This document shows positions 15,397-24,111 of a stretch of 64,000 nucleotides of DNA, in pieces. This DNA is from Ignavibacterium sp. (GTDB lineage Bacteria; Bacteroidota; Ignavibacteria; UBA10030). The position numbers and the translations under genes were made by a program. The notes below the pieces were generated by a model. That model had not been told where the DNA came from and ran no database searches. It saw only the letters and a list, made by a program, of their open reading frames with translations. Location: the NCBI GenBank assembly GCA_039961715.1, contig JABRVW010000009.1, positions 1,211 to 65,210 on the forward strand, written 5' to 3'. How positions within the stretch are numbered: position 1 is the stretch's first letter; the number at the start of each line of letters is the position of its first letter.

Positions 15397-16970
15397 TGCA
15401 GAATTCCTGTGACTCGTTCAACGGCGGTGATGAGCTTGTCCGACCTGGTAAGGGCCTGAAGACGTTCGATGTCGTCGTGCAGAACGCGATCCCTGACGAC
15501 CGGTCTTGCGACCGACCGAACAACCCGGTAGGCGGCCTCAACACCATTGCCGGCGTTCAGGGGGGCCGAACCCTTGTAGGTCCGCGCGAAATCCAGACCT
15601 TGCGCGGCACACAAGAGTTCGATGGCAAGGACCGTTTGCGTGTTTCTCAGCACCCGCCAGGCCTTTTGGGCGCTGATGGACCCCATGCTGTTGTGATCTT
15701 CCTGGTTGGCCGATGTCGGGATGGAATCCACGCTCCCAGGATGGCAGAGCACTTTGTTCTCCGATACGAGGGATGCCGCGGTGTACTGGGCGATCATCAG
15801 TCCTGAGTGCAATCCCCCGTTCGGCGTCAGAAACTTCGGGAGGCCGCTGAGAGAGCCGTTGACAAGCCGTTCAATCCTGCGCTCGGAGATGTTTGCAAGC
15901 TCGGCGAGCGCGATCGCCAGGAAATCCGCCGCAAGGGCGACGGGCTGTCCGTGGAAGTTGCCTCCCTCCAGGTGCACACCCTGGCGCGGAAAAATAAGAG
16001 GATTGTCGGTTGCGGAATTAATTTCTGTTGAAATCACGCGTTCCACGTAGGCGAGCGCGTCCCGGGAAGCCCCATGCACCTGCGGCACGCATCGTATCGA
16101 ATACGCATCCTGCACGCGCAGATCATCATGCCTGTGCGACTCTCTGATCTCGCTTCCCCTCATCAACGTTCGCATGTTGCGGGCCGTCAGGCGCTGGCCG
16201 GGGTGCGGACGAAGGCGATGAATCCTGTCGTCGAACGGCGTGTCGCTTCCGCGCAGGGCTTCGGTGCTCATGGCTGCGGCAATGTCCGCTATCGTCATGA
16301 GCCGCCGTGCCTCGTGGGCGGCCAGGGCCGTATAGGCAGTCATCATCTGCGTGCCGTTGATCAGCGCCAACCCCTCCTTGGCCGTGAGCCTTGCGGGCGC
16401 GAGCCTCGCGCGTTTCAGAACGCTTCGAGCGGGAGCCGTCTTCACGCCCCCCTTGTTCAGCAGCATGATCCGGCCCTTGCCGATCATGGCCAGGACCAGA
16501 TGGGAGAGCTGTACGAGATCACCGCTTGATCCCACCGAACCCTGTGACGGGACGTACGGAACGATATTCCGGTTCAGCATCGCCACCAACAGATCGACCG
16601 TTTCGGGCCTGATGCCGGAATGGCCGCCGGCGAGCGCATTCACGCGAAGAGCCATCATGGCGCGCACCACCTCGGGCGGCAGAGGATCGCCGGCTCCCGC
16701 AGAGTGGCTGACAATGAGGTTCTCCTGGAGTTGTTCGAGGTCAGCGGTCCCGATGCGCACAGAGCTGAATTCTCCGAACCCCGTTGTTACACCATACACC
16801 GTTTCACCGGAGCGCACCCAGCGTTCGACAACGCTGCGTGCGAACTGCATCCGACGGCGCGCGGAAGGGGGAAGACGAACTGGCGCCTGATGCACGGCAA
16901 TGTCGTACACTGCGGGGATGCTGAGTGAGATGCCATCGAGCGGGTAGGATTTCATTGCAGAATAGAGCAC
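15393..16970 (-). CDS. hutH: Histidine ammonia-lyase
   Basis: Full-length HAL/PAL-family sequence. The MIO region is GSVGSSGDLVQLSH (canonical GSVGASGDLAPL). The start is GTG at 16970 or ATG at 16955. Confidence 0.93.
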   Translation of the reverse strand: MLYSAMKSYPLDGISLSIPAVYDIAVHQAPVRLPPSARRRMQFARSVVERWVRSGETVYGVTTGFGEFSSVRIGTADLEQLQENLIVSHSAGAGDPLPPEVVRAMMALRVNALAGGHSGIRPETVDLLVAMLNRNIVPYVPSQGSVGSSGDLVQLSHLVLAMIGKGRIMLLNKGGVKTAPARSVLKRARLAPARLTAKEGLALINGTQMMTAYTALAAHEARRLMTIADIAAAMSTEALRGSDTPFDDRIHRLRPHPGQRLTARNMRTLMRGSEIRESHRHDDLRVQDAYSIRCVPQVHGASRDALAYVERVISTEINSATDNPLIFPRQGVHLEGGNFHGQPVALAADFLAIALAELANISERRIERLVNGSLSGLPKFLTPNGGLHSGLMIAQYTAASLVSENKVLCHPGSVDSIPTSANQEDHNSMGSISAQKAWRVLRNTQTVLAIELLCAAQGLDFARTYKGSAPLNAGNGVEAAYRVVRSVARPVVRDRVLHDDIERLQALTRSDKLITAVERVTGILQ

Positions 16971-16972
16971 AT

Positions 16973-17001
16973 AATGTAGCAGGGGCTTTTCAGAAATTCA
17001 A
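16973..17001 (-). promoter_or_regulatory. Putative promoter of hutH-add
   Basis: The minus strand reads TTGAAT, 17 nt, TACATT, immediately upstream of the hutH start region. Confidence 0.3.
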
Positions 17002-17023
17002 GCCGGCTCCTGAGACTTCCTCA

Positions 17024-17052
17024 TTGACTTTCTTGGCGAATCTGGTTATCAT
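17024..17052 (+). promoter_or_regulatory. Putative promoter of the REC-HK/NtrC/sixA... operon
   Basis: TTGACT, 17 nt, TATCAT, about 78 nt upstream of the ATG at 17130. Confidence 0.35.
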
Positions 17053-17129
17053 GCCACGCATTCTTCCCTCCCAGCATCGCGTGACATGAGCCTTCCCCGC
17101 TGCCCGAAGGCCCGCATCTGCAAGTCATC

Positions 17130-18236
17130 ATGGATGAAGACAAAATACGCGTATTGATCGCCGACGACGAGGACGGCCTCCGATCCACCATAGCCGCCTG
17201 GCTCACCGATGAAGGGTTTGTGGTGGAGGAGGCCCCTGACGGATCCGAAGCCATCAAGAAGGTACAGGCGAACGATTACGACATCGCACTTCTGGACATC
17301 AAGATGCCGGGGGCGAACGGGCTCGAAGTGCTTCGGTACATCAAGAAGAATTCCATGGCCACCGAAGTCGTGATGATGACGGGCATGAGCGACGTGACCA
17401 TGGCTGTGGAAGCCATGAAGCTCGGTGCCCGGGAATACCTCACGAAGCCGCTCGACATGGATCAACTTGTTCCACAGCTGCGTGCGCTCCTCAAGAAGCG
17501 CGACGCCGAGGACCGGATCCGCCGCCTGCAATCCGAACACACTGCACGCCTGCTGTACGACCTCCATAATCCTATCGCAGGCCTGAAACAGAGCATCGGG
17601 TACCTCCTGAAGGGAATGGCCGGTGCGATCGGAGACCACCAGAAGGAACTCCTTGGCTACATGACGAATTCGATCGACAAGGTGATTCTCCTGCTGAACG
17701 ACATGATGGATCTGACGAAACTCGAGGGCGGACGTGTGCGGCTCAACAAGGGAATCGGCAACGTTGCCGACACAGTCACAAAGACGATCCACGAATTCCA
17801 GATCCCCATCAAGTCCAACAAAATCACCCTCGAACATTCCATTGAGCCGGATCTTCCGCCTCTGGAGTACGATTCGGAAAAGATCGAGCAGGTGTTGCAG
17901 AATTTCCTGAGCAATGCCATCAAGTACACTCCCCAACACGGAGCCATCGTCGTTCAGGTTCGCTCGGTCCAGCTCGTCCTGGAAGAGGGCCAGCAGCCTT
18001 CCCAGTTCATCATGGTGTCGGTCTTCAACAGCGGACAGGGAATTCCGAAGGAGGAACTGCCGCTGATCTTCGACCGGTACCGCGAAGTCGTGTCCGGCAA
18101 GGAAAACAAGCAAAAGACCACCGGACTGGGCCTGATCATCTGTCAGCGCATTGTGGAAGCCCACAACGGAAAGATCTGGGTCGAATCCGAGCCGGGGAAG
18201 GGAGCCACGTTCTTCTTCGCCCTCCCCGTGCGCTGA
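17130..18236 (+). CDS. Response-regulator receiver domain fused to a histidine kinase (REC-HisKA-HATPase, no sensor domain)
   Basis: REC motifs (ADDEDG, ALLDIKMPG, phospho-acceptor Asp context). H-box LLYDLHNPIAGL. The HATPase_c region has an N box, GLGLIICQRIVEAHNG and GKGATFFFALP. Confidence 0.88.
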   Translation: MDEDKIRVLIADDEDGLRSTIAAWLTDEGFVVEEAPDGSEAIKKVQANDYDIALLDIKMPGANGLEVLRYIKKNSMATEVVMMTGMSDVTMAVEAMKLGAREYLTKPLDMDQLVPQLRALLKKRDAEDRIRRLQSEHTARLLYDLHNPIAGLKQSIGYLLKGMAGAIGDHQKELLGYMTNSIDKVILLLNDMMDLTKLEGGRVRLNKGIGNVADTVTKTIHEFQIPIKSNKITLEHSIEPDLPPLEYDSEKIEQVLQNFLSNAIKYTPQHGAIVVQVRSVQLVLEEGQQPSQFIMVSVFNSGQGIPKEELPLIFDRYREVVSGKENKQKTTGLGLIICQRIVEAHNGKIWVESEPGKGATFFFALPVR

Positions 18237-18247
18237 TCCCGCCGGGG

Positions 18248-19633
18248 ATGCACTTACGGAATCATCAAAGCATGAGTTCCCGCGCAATTTCCGTCCTCGC
18301 CGTCGACGACGAGGAAAATTTCCTTGATGTTCTGCAAACCATCCTGACGGCGGAGGGATACTCGCTTCGCACCGCTTCCGACGGAGTCGAAGCAATCAAC
18401 CTTCTGCAGTCCTCCACGTTCGATCTCGCCCTCCTCGATGTCCGGATGCCCCGTGTCGATGGTATCGAAGTTCTGAAGTATATTCGCGACCAGTTTCTCG
18501 ACCTCCCGGTAATCATGGTGACCGGCGTGAACGAGCTGAAGATCGCCGTGGAGTGCATGAAGCTGGGAGCGACCAACTACCTCTCGAAGCCGTACTCCAC
18601 GGAAGAACTGCTGACGGTCATCGACAACGCCCTTGAACGCCGGCGCCTCGTGCTTGAGAACAAAGCTCTGAAGTCGGAACTGTCCCGATACGCGGCGTCG
18701 GCGCAGATGGTGGGGCGCAGTCCAAAGCTCCTCGAGATGCTCAAGGTGGCCCACAAGGTGGCTCCCACCGACTCGGCCGTGTTGATCCAGGGAGCAAGCG
18801 GAACGGGGAAAGAGCTGGTCGCGCATTTCATCCATGCCAACAGCCTGCGAAAAGACAAACCCTTCACTGCGCTGAACTGCTCTTCGATCCCTGAAGCGCT
18901 TCTCGAAAGCGAGATGTTCGGCCACGAGAAGGGAGCGTTCACGGACGCCCAGACCGCGAGGCAGGGTCTTGTGGAGATTGCCGCCGGAGGCACGCTCTTT
19001 CTCGACGAGATCGGTGAGATCAGCCTCGTGCTTCAGCCAAAGCTCCTGCGGTTTCTGCAGACCGGGGAATTCCGGCGCGTCGGCGGAAACAAAAACCTCA
19101 AAGCTGATGTGAGGGTCATATCCGCGACCAACAAGGATCTGCGCCAGGAAGTCGCGGCCGGCCGGTTTCGCGAAGATCTTCTGTACAGGATCAACGTCAT
19201 CACGCTGACCCTTCCTCCCCTCAAGGACCGCAAAGAGGACATCCCGCTTCTCGTCGATCATTTCCTGAAATCCAGGTTTCGCAACAGGGAGCCGAAAACC
19301 CTCGATCCGAAGGCGCTTGAAGTTCTGATGGCCTATCCATGGCCCGGGAACGTGCGCGAGCTGGAGAATGTGATCGAACGAGCCGCCATCCTGTCCCAGG
19401 GCCCCACGATCAAACGCGACGATCTCGCCCTGCCCATCGGCATGCACCCGCAGGAACAGAGGCGCGATTCTCTGATCGGCTCCGCCGTGCCGTTCCGCGA
19501 TGTGGAAAAGGCACACATGAAAGGCGTGCTGGACAGCGTGAGCTGGAACAAGAACGTAGCGGCCAAAATCCTGGGCATAAGTCTCAAAACGCTTTACACG
19601 AAGATCCAGCAGTACAATCTCGCGAAGGAATGA
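18248..19633 (+). CDS. Sigma-54-dependent Fis-family response regulator (NtrC-like)
   Basis: REC domain (VDDEE..LLDVRMP). AAA+ sigma54-interaction domain (GASGTGKE, GAFTDA, ESEMFGHEKGAFT, FREDLLYR). C-terminal Fis-type HTH. An alternative start is the ATG at 18272. Confidence 0.92.
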   Translation: MHLRNHQSMSSRAISVLAVDDEENFLDVLQTILTAEGYSLRTASDGVEAINLLQSSTFDLALLDVRMPRVDGIEVLKYIRDQFLDLPVIMVTGVNELKIAVECMKLGATNYLSKPYSTEELLTVIDNALERRRLVLENKALKSELSRYAASAQMVGRSPKLLEMLKVAHKVAPTDSAVLIQGASGTGKELVAHFIHANSLRKDKPFTALNCSSIPEALLESEMFGHEKGAFTDAQTARQGLVEIAAGGTLFLDEIGEISLVLQPKLLRFLQTGEFRRVGGNKNLKADVRVISATNKDLRQEVAAGRFREDLLYRINVITLTLPPLKDRKEDIPLLVDHFLKSRFRNREPKTLDPKALEVLMAYPWPGNVRELENVIERAAILSQGPTIKRDDLALPIGMHPQEQRRDSLIGSAVPFRDVEKAHMKGVLDSVSWNKNVAAKILGISLKTLYTKIQQYNLAKE

Positions 19634-19651
19634 CTGCTGTGCCCCATTTTT

Positions 19652-19686
19652 AATCTTCAATCTTCAATTTTCAATCTTCAATTCTT
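19652..19686. repeat. Five tandem heptamers, AATCTTC-type
   Basis: AATCTTC AATCTTC AATTTTC AATCTTC AATTCTT end 1 nt before the sixA ATG (19688). Confidence 0.8.
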
Positions 19687-19687
19687 A

Positions 19688-20173
19688 ATGCCCCTTTACT
19701 TTCTCCGGCACGGGGACGCGGTCGAATCCCCGCATTTTCATGACACCCAACGGCCGCTAAGCGAGGCAGGCAAGAGGCAGATCCAGACCGTTGCGCGGTT
19801 TCTCCGCGGGTCGCGACACGAACTCGATCTCATCCTCTCCAGCCCCCTCGTGCGCGCACGCGACACGGCCGAGATCATACGAGACGCTCTGAACCTGCCT
19901 GCCGTCATCACCACGGACACACTCACCGCCGGTGCCTCCGTCCGCGAACTGCTCGGATTCATCAACGGACAGCGCTCGCACGCCCTCCTGCTGGTCGGAC
20001 ATGAGCCCCAGCTTAGCAGTGCCATTTCCGTTTTGACGGGAGGTGACGATCATTTTCGCGTGGAAATGCGAAAGGCATCTCTTGCCCGGGTCGAAACAGA
20101 ATTCCCCGTGAAAAAAGGCCATGCTGTGCTTTCGTGGCTGGTCACGGTTGCCCAGATGGAGTTCTTGCGGTAG
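19688..20173 (+). CDS. sixA: Phosphohistidine phosphatase SixA
   Basis: The RHG motif at the N-terminus (YFLRHGDA), the downstream LVGHEP motif and the ~160 aa length are typical of SixA. Confidence 0.85.
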   Translation: MPLYFLRHGDAVESPHFHDTQRPLSEAGKRQIQTVARFLRGSRHELDLILSSPLVRARDTAEIIRDALNLPAVITTDTLTAGASVRELLGFINGQRSHALLLVGHEPQLSSAISVLTGGDDHFRVEMRKASLARVETEFPVKKGHAVLSWLVTVAQMEFLR

Positions 20174-20269
20174 ATTTTGCAGGATTCGAACCTTTTCTTC
20201 CCTCCTTTCTCTGATGACTTTGTTCCAATAAGTGGCTATGTTTCCTCATCTGCTCTCCGGAGTACCCGC

Positions 20270-20752
20270 ATGAACCTTCTTACGATCCCCGTCCAGAAAC
20301 CGGAATCCACGAACGTCATCATCGGCCAGACCCACTTTATCAAGTCCGTGGAGGACCTGTACGAGGCCGTGGTACAGACTAATCCCGCCATGAGGTTCGG
20401 TCTGGCGTTCTGCGAGGCCTCAGGACCCGCGCTCGTCCGCTGGGCGGGAAACGATCAGGCCCTTATCGACCTCGCCACGTCCAACGCTCTTACCCTTTCC
20501 TGCGGGCATTGTTTTCTGATCTTTATGGAGAACGGCTTCCCGATCAGCATTCTGAATGCCATCAAGCAGGTTCCGGAAGTCTGCCATATCTATTGTGCAA
20601 CGGCAAATCCGGTGGAGGTGGTCGTGGGTGAAACGGATCAGGGACGCGGAATTCTGGGGGTGGTGGATGGAATCAGGAGCAAGGGAATTGAGACGGAAAA
20701 GGACATCGCTGCGCGGAAGGACCTCCTGCGAAAAATCGGATACAAGCTGTAG
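20270..20752 (+). CDS. Adenosine-specific kinase family protein (Adenosine_kin, PF04008-like)
   Basis: Recognisable family pattern: [63 protein letters not shown] chose the ATG at 20270, because the 20177 extension is low-complexity. Confidence 0.75.
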   Translation: MNLLTIPVQKPESTNVIIGQTHFIKSVEDLYEAVVQTNPAMRFGLAFCEASGPALVRWAGNDQALIDLATSNALTLSCGHCFLIFMENGFPISILNAIKQVPEVCHIYCATANPVEVVVGETDQGRGILGVVDGIRSKGIETEKDIAARKDLLRKIGYKL

Positions 20753-20783
20753 ACACTGAACATATTTCCCGAAGGATCTGAAA

Positions 20784-21257
20784 ATGAAATCCCTGCTTAT
20801 CGTTGTGCTCCTTTTGCTGCTTGGATGTGGACCATCTGAAGAGGATGTTCGCGCACTGGTGAGAGACGAAGTATCACGTGCCGCGCAGAAGACTATTATT
20901 CAAGAGGGAACCCCGATTGGCCCCTATTCGCCTGCCGTTCAGGTGGGTCCCTTTCTCTTCGTTTCGGGACAGATCGGGCTCGACCCTGAGACCCAGGCGC
21001 TTGCCGGCCGGGACATCAAAACCCAAACCACTCAGGCGCTGAGGAATCTCAATGCAATCCTCCAGAAGGCCGGCTACGACTCGAGCCATGTGGTTCAGTG
21101 CACGATTTACCTGAAGGACATCAACGACTTTCAGGATATGAATCTGACTTACGGCGGCTATTTCCCGGAATCCGGCTATCCGGCCCGGACCACCGTGGAA
21201 GTCTCCAATCTGCCGCGAGGCGCGATTATCGAGATCGCAGCGATCGCGTTTAAATAG
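20784..21257 (+). CDS. ridA: RidA (YjgF/TdcF/L-PSP) family protein with a lipoprotein-type signal peptide
   Basis: RidA core (GPYSPAVQVGPFLFVSGQIGLDP..., PARTTVEV...LPRGAIIEI). It is preceded by MKSLLIVVLLLLLGC, a lipobox-like LLGC. Confidence 0.85.
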   Translation: MKSLLIVVLLLLLGCGPSEEDVRALVRDEVSRAAQKTIIQEGTPIGPYSPAVQVGPFLFVSGQIGLDPETQALAGRDIKTQTTQALRNLNAILQKAGYDSSHVVQCTIYLKDINDFQDMNLTYGGYFPESGYPARTTVEVSNLPRGAIIEIAAIAFK

Positions 21258-21319
21258 GTTTCAAGTTTCAGATTGCTCTTGAAAGAGGAACTGAAACGTC
21301 AAACCTGGAACCTGAAACC
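21257..21319. repeat. GTTTCA/CTGAAAC heptamer tract forming an imperfect hairpin
   Basis: GGTTTCAAGTTTCAG (21257-21271) pairs with CTGAAACGTCAAACC (21291-21305) at 13/15 positions. Further units CTGGAAC CTGAAAC follow. It sits between the ridA stop and the hutU ATG. Confidence 0.7.
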
Positions 21320-21335
21320 TTCTACGACAGAGTCC

Positions 21336-23003
21336 ATGCGAAGAAAACCCCAACGTCTCATTCATGCCCCGCGCGGAACACAGTTGCATTGTCGCGGATG
21401 GATCCAGGAGGCCGCCCTCCGAATGCTGATGAACAATCTCGATCCGGCGGTGGCCGAAAAGCCGGGGGAGTTGATCGTCTATGGCGGGACCGGAAAGGCT
21501 GCGCGCAACTGGGAATGCTATGACGCCATCGTTGCGAGCCTCCAGCGTCTGGACAACGATGAAACGCTCCTCGTGCAGTCAGGCAAGCCCGTCGGTATTT
21601 TCCGTACCCACGTGAACGCCCCCCGCGTGTTGATCAGCAACGCAATGCTTGTCCCCAAGTGGGCCACCTGGGATGAATTCCGGAGACTCGAGGGACTCGG
21701 CCTGACGATGTTTGGGCAGATGACCGCGGGGAGTTGGATCTACATCGGCACCCAGGGCATACTCCAGGGTACGTATGAAACGTTTGCCGCAGCGGCCCAA
21801 AAGCATTTCAGGGGGTCCCTGGCGGGCAAGTTTCTTCTGACAGCCGGACTCGGCGGAATGGGCGGCGCCCAACCGCTCGCCGCAACGATGAGCGGAGCCG
21901 CGTGTCTGGTGGTTGAGGTCGATCGTCACCGGATCCGGCGGCGCCTTGAGACGAGCTATCTGGACACGATGACCGAGGACCTGGATGATGCTCTGGGTCA
22001 GATCCGCGCCGCTTGTGCAAAGAGGCTTCCCCTTTCCATCGGCCTTGTGGGCAATGCGGCGGAAATCATTCCACGAATTGCCGCAGGCAGATTCATTCCG
22101 GATATTGTGACCGACCAGACATCGGCCCATGACACGCTGAACGGATATGTCCCGGCCGGGATGCCGTATGAAAAGGCGCTTGAGTTGCGAAAGAAGAACC
22201 CGAAGCGTTACGTAGAGCTGGCACGTACGTCCATCGTCAATCATGTTCGCGGGCTCCTTCGCCTCCAGAAAAAGGGGGCCGTCGTGTTCGACTACGGCAA
22301 CAATATTCGCGGCGAGGCTCAGGCAGCGGGCGTTAAAAACGCTTTCGCGATTCCGGGCTTTGTCCCCGAATTCATCCGTCCGCTCTTCTGCGACGGCAAG
22401 GGTCCGTTCCGCTGGGTCGCTCTCTCCGGTGACCCGGAGGATATCCACCGCACCGACCGGGCGGTCATGGAGACCTTTCCTGACAACAAGGCGCTCTGCA
22501 CGTGGATCGAGAAGGCACAATCACAGGTGGCCTTCCAGGGGCTCCCGGCACGCATTTGCTGGCTGGGATATGGTGAGCGTGCCCGGATGGGCAAGATTTT
22601 CAACGACCTGGTGGCGCGTGGCGAGGTCAGCGCGCCGATTGTGATCGGACGCGATCATCTCGACTGCGGAAGTGTGGCATCGCCCAACAGGGAGACGGAA
22701 GGAATGAAAGACGGGAGCGATGCGATCGCCGACTGGCCGATCCTGAATGCGCTGCTCAACGCCGTGGGCGGGGCGAGCTGGGTGAGTGTGCATCATGGCG
22801 GCGGGGTGGGGATCGGGCTTTCGATCCACGCGGGGATGGTGGTGGTCTGCGACGGCACCAAGGCCGCTGAAGACCGGATTCACCGGGTCCTCACGTACGA
22901 TCCGGGCATGGGCATCCTTCGGCACGCGGACGCGGGGTACGAGCGCGCGCGGGACAACGCCCGGCGCTGGGATCTGAAAATCCCGATGATGAACGGTCGC
23001 TGA
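21336..23003 (+). CDS. hutU: Urocanate hydratase
   Basis: Full-length urocanase pattern (RAPRG-like [18 protein letters not shown], and others). I chose the ATG at 21336, because the TTG at 21273 lies inside the repeat tract. Confidence 0.95.
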   Translation: MRRKPQRLIHAPRGTQLHCRGWIQEAALRMLMNNLDPAVAEKPGELIVYGGTGKAARNWECYDAIVASLQRLDNDETLLVQSGKPVGIFRTHVNAPRVLISNAMLVPKWATWDEFRRLEGLGLTMFGQMTAGSWIYIGTQGILQGTYETFAAAAQKHFRGSLAGKFLLTAGLGGMGGAQPLAATMSGAACLVVEVDRHRIRRRLETSYLDTMTEDLDDALGQIRAACAKRLPLSIGLVGNAAEIIPRIAAGRFIPDIVTDQTSAHDTLNGYVPAGMPYEKALELRKKNPKRYVELARTSIVNHVRGLLRLQKKGAVVFDYGNNIRGEAQAAGVKNAFAIPGFVPEFIRPLFCDGKGPFRWVALSGDPEDIHRTDRAVMETFPDNKALCTWIEKAQSQVAFQGLPARICWLGYGERARMGKIFNDLVARGEVSAPIVIGRDHLDCGSVASPNRETEGMKDGSDAIADWPILNALLNAVGGASWVSVHHGGGVGIGLSIHAGMVVVCDGTKAAEDRIHRVLTYDPGMGILRHADAGYERARDNARRWDLKIPMMNGR

Positions 23004-23004
23004 G

Positions 23005-24111
23005 TTGCGCGAGGGTCGACAGGAACAAGTTTTTTCCCGGGGACTTTGCGCAACGTGCCTTCATGCGCGCAGAATTCGTTCGGCCCGCGGGACGACGTTC
23101 ATCCTGTGTCGCCTCTCCGAAGAGGATCCCGTCTTCCCAAAATACCCAACGCTTCCTGTCGTGACCTGCCAGGGGTATGCGAGGGGCGAAGCGACCATCA
23201 CGCCGGTCTCGAGCGAGCCGCGATTCGATCAGTATCTTCAGCAGGAACGCACATTTTGGGACCGCGTTCGACATGATCCCGCATCGCCCCAGATCTGGCA
23301 TGACCCCGAACTTTTTGAGCTTTTTTTCGGACCAGCGTATCGCGCGTTCATGGAGCGTGCCGCGGCCTGCGGGCCCGACGTGCTCGAGCTTGGATGCGGC
23401 GAAGGTACCCTCGCATTGGAGCTTGCCCGACGCGGGTGCATGGTGACCGGAATCGACCTGAGCCCTGCGCGCATCCAAAGAGCAACCGACGCTGCCACGG
23501 AACGGGGATTAAACGACCGCGTGGTGTTTCAGGCAGGAGACTTGAACAGCCTGACGCTTGACCGACATCGCTATTCGTGCATCCTTGCCCATGATGCCCT
23601 TCACCATGTGTTCAACCTCGAACATCTGTTTCTCCAGGTTCGTTCGGCTCTCCGGCCTGACGGTATCTTCCTCGTGATGGATTATTGTGGAATGAGCACA
23701 GCACGGAAAGTGTTTGCCGCGGCACTCTATGCCCTGCTTCCAACCTACAAGCCCTACCGGGAAAAGTGGAAGCTGAGAAAACGGCTGAAAGGCTTTCTCG
23801 CCAACGAACACGAAAAGCGGTCGGCGATTGTGTTGGGCAACGCGTCCAGCCTCCATCCGGAGTCTCCCTTCGAGGAGATCTCCCAATCGTCACTGCCGCG
23901 TCTTCTCCACACGATGTTCGTTGTCACGAAGTATGAAACAATGCTTCCCTTCTGGTTCTTTCTGGCCCCAAAGCTCAGGATTCCCCGTCGCATGCGGCCT
24001 GCCACGCTCCGTCTGCTTCGGGCCGCAGATGACCTCCTGTCGAACCTTGGCATGACGGGGGCGTACTTCACACTTGAAGCAAGGATTCCTCATGCACCAA
24101 CTGATGCTTAA
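23005..24111 (+). CDS. Class I SAM-dependent methyltransferase with a Cys-rich N-terminal extension
   Basis: SAM motif I (VLELGCGEGTLALELARRG) with post-I D (GIDLS). The N-terminal ~60 aa carry CATC...C...C. The only start candidate is a TTG, 1 nt after the hutU stop. The 3' end overlaps the hutI start. Confidence 0.75.
   Translation: MREGRQEQVFSRGLCATCLHARRIRSARGTTFILCRLSEEDPVFPKYPTLPVVTCQGYARGEATITPVSSEPRFDQYLQQERTFWDRVRHDPASPQIWHDPELFELFFGPAYRAFMERAAACGPDVLELGCGEGTLALELARRGCMVTGIDLSPARIQRATDAATERGLNDRVVFQAGDLNSLTLDRHRYSCILAHDALHHVFNLEHLFLQVRSALRPDGIFLVMDYCGMSTARKVFAAALYALLPTYKPYREKWKLRKRLKGFLANEHEKRSAIVLGNASSLHPESPFEEISQSSLPRLLHTMFVVTKYETMLPFWFFLAPKLRIPRRMRPATLRLLRAADDLLSNLGMTGAYFTLEARIPHAPTDA

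Noticed and set aside
14263-15459. 398-aa plus-strand ORF covering the whole adenosine deaminase locus
   Set aside because: It is antisense to a clearly recognisable add gene. The composition is Arg/His/Gly/Leu-rich with no motif, as expected for the open antisense frame of a GC-rich gene.
17049-19660. Two long minus-strand ORFs (448 and 468 aa) opposite the REC-HK and NtrC-like genes
   Set aside because: The plus-strand frames carry complete REC/HisKA/HATPase and REC/AAA+/HTH motif sets. The antisense translations have no recognisable domains and biased composition.
19652-19686. Possibility that the tandem tracts are a CRISPR array or minisatellite-encoded peptide
   Set aside because: The units are only 7 nt and have no spacers, so this is not a CRISPR array. 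The tracts lie outside the best-supported coding frames, and 7 is not a multiple of 3.
20181-20200. GGATTCGAACC, which resembles the reverse complement of a tRNA T-arm (GGTTCGAATCC)
   Set aside because: The flanking bases cannot form the T-stem or an acceptor stem, and no D-arm or anticodon arm can be drawn. It is a chance match in the sixA/adenosine-kinase spacer.
16971-21335. Sigma54 -24/-12 promoter (TGGCAC-N5-TTGC) that the NtrC-like activator might use
   Set aside because: No match with correct spacing turned up in the intergenic regions inspected. The closest candidate is TGGAGTTCTTGC near 20155, which has the wrong spacing and lies in sixA coding sequence.
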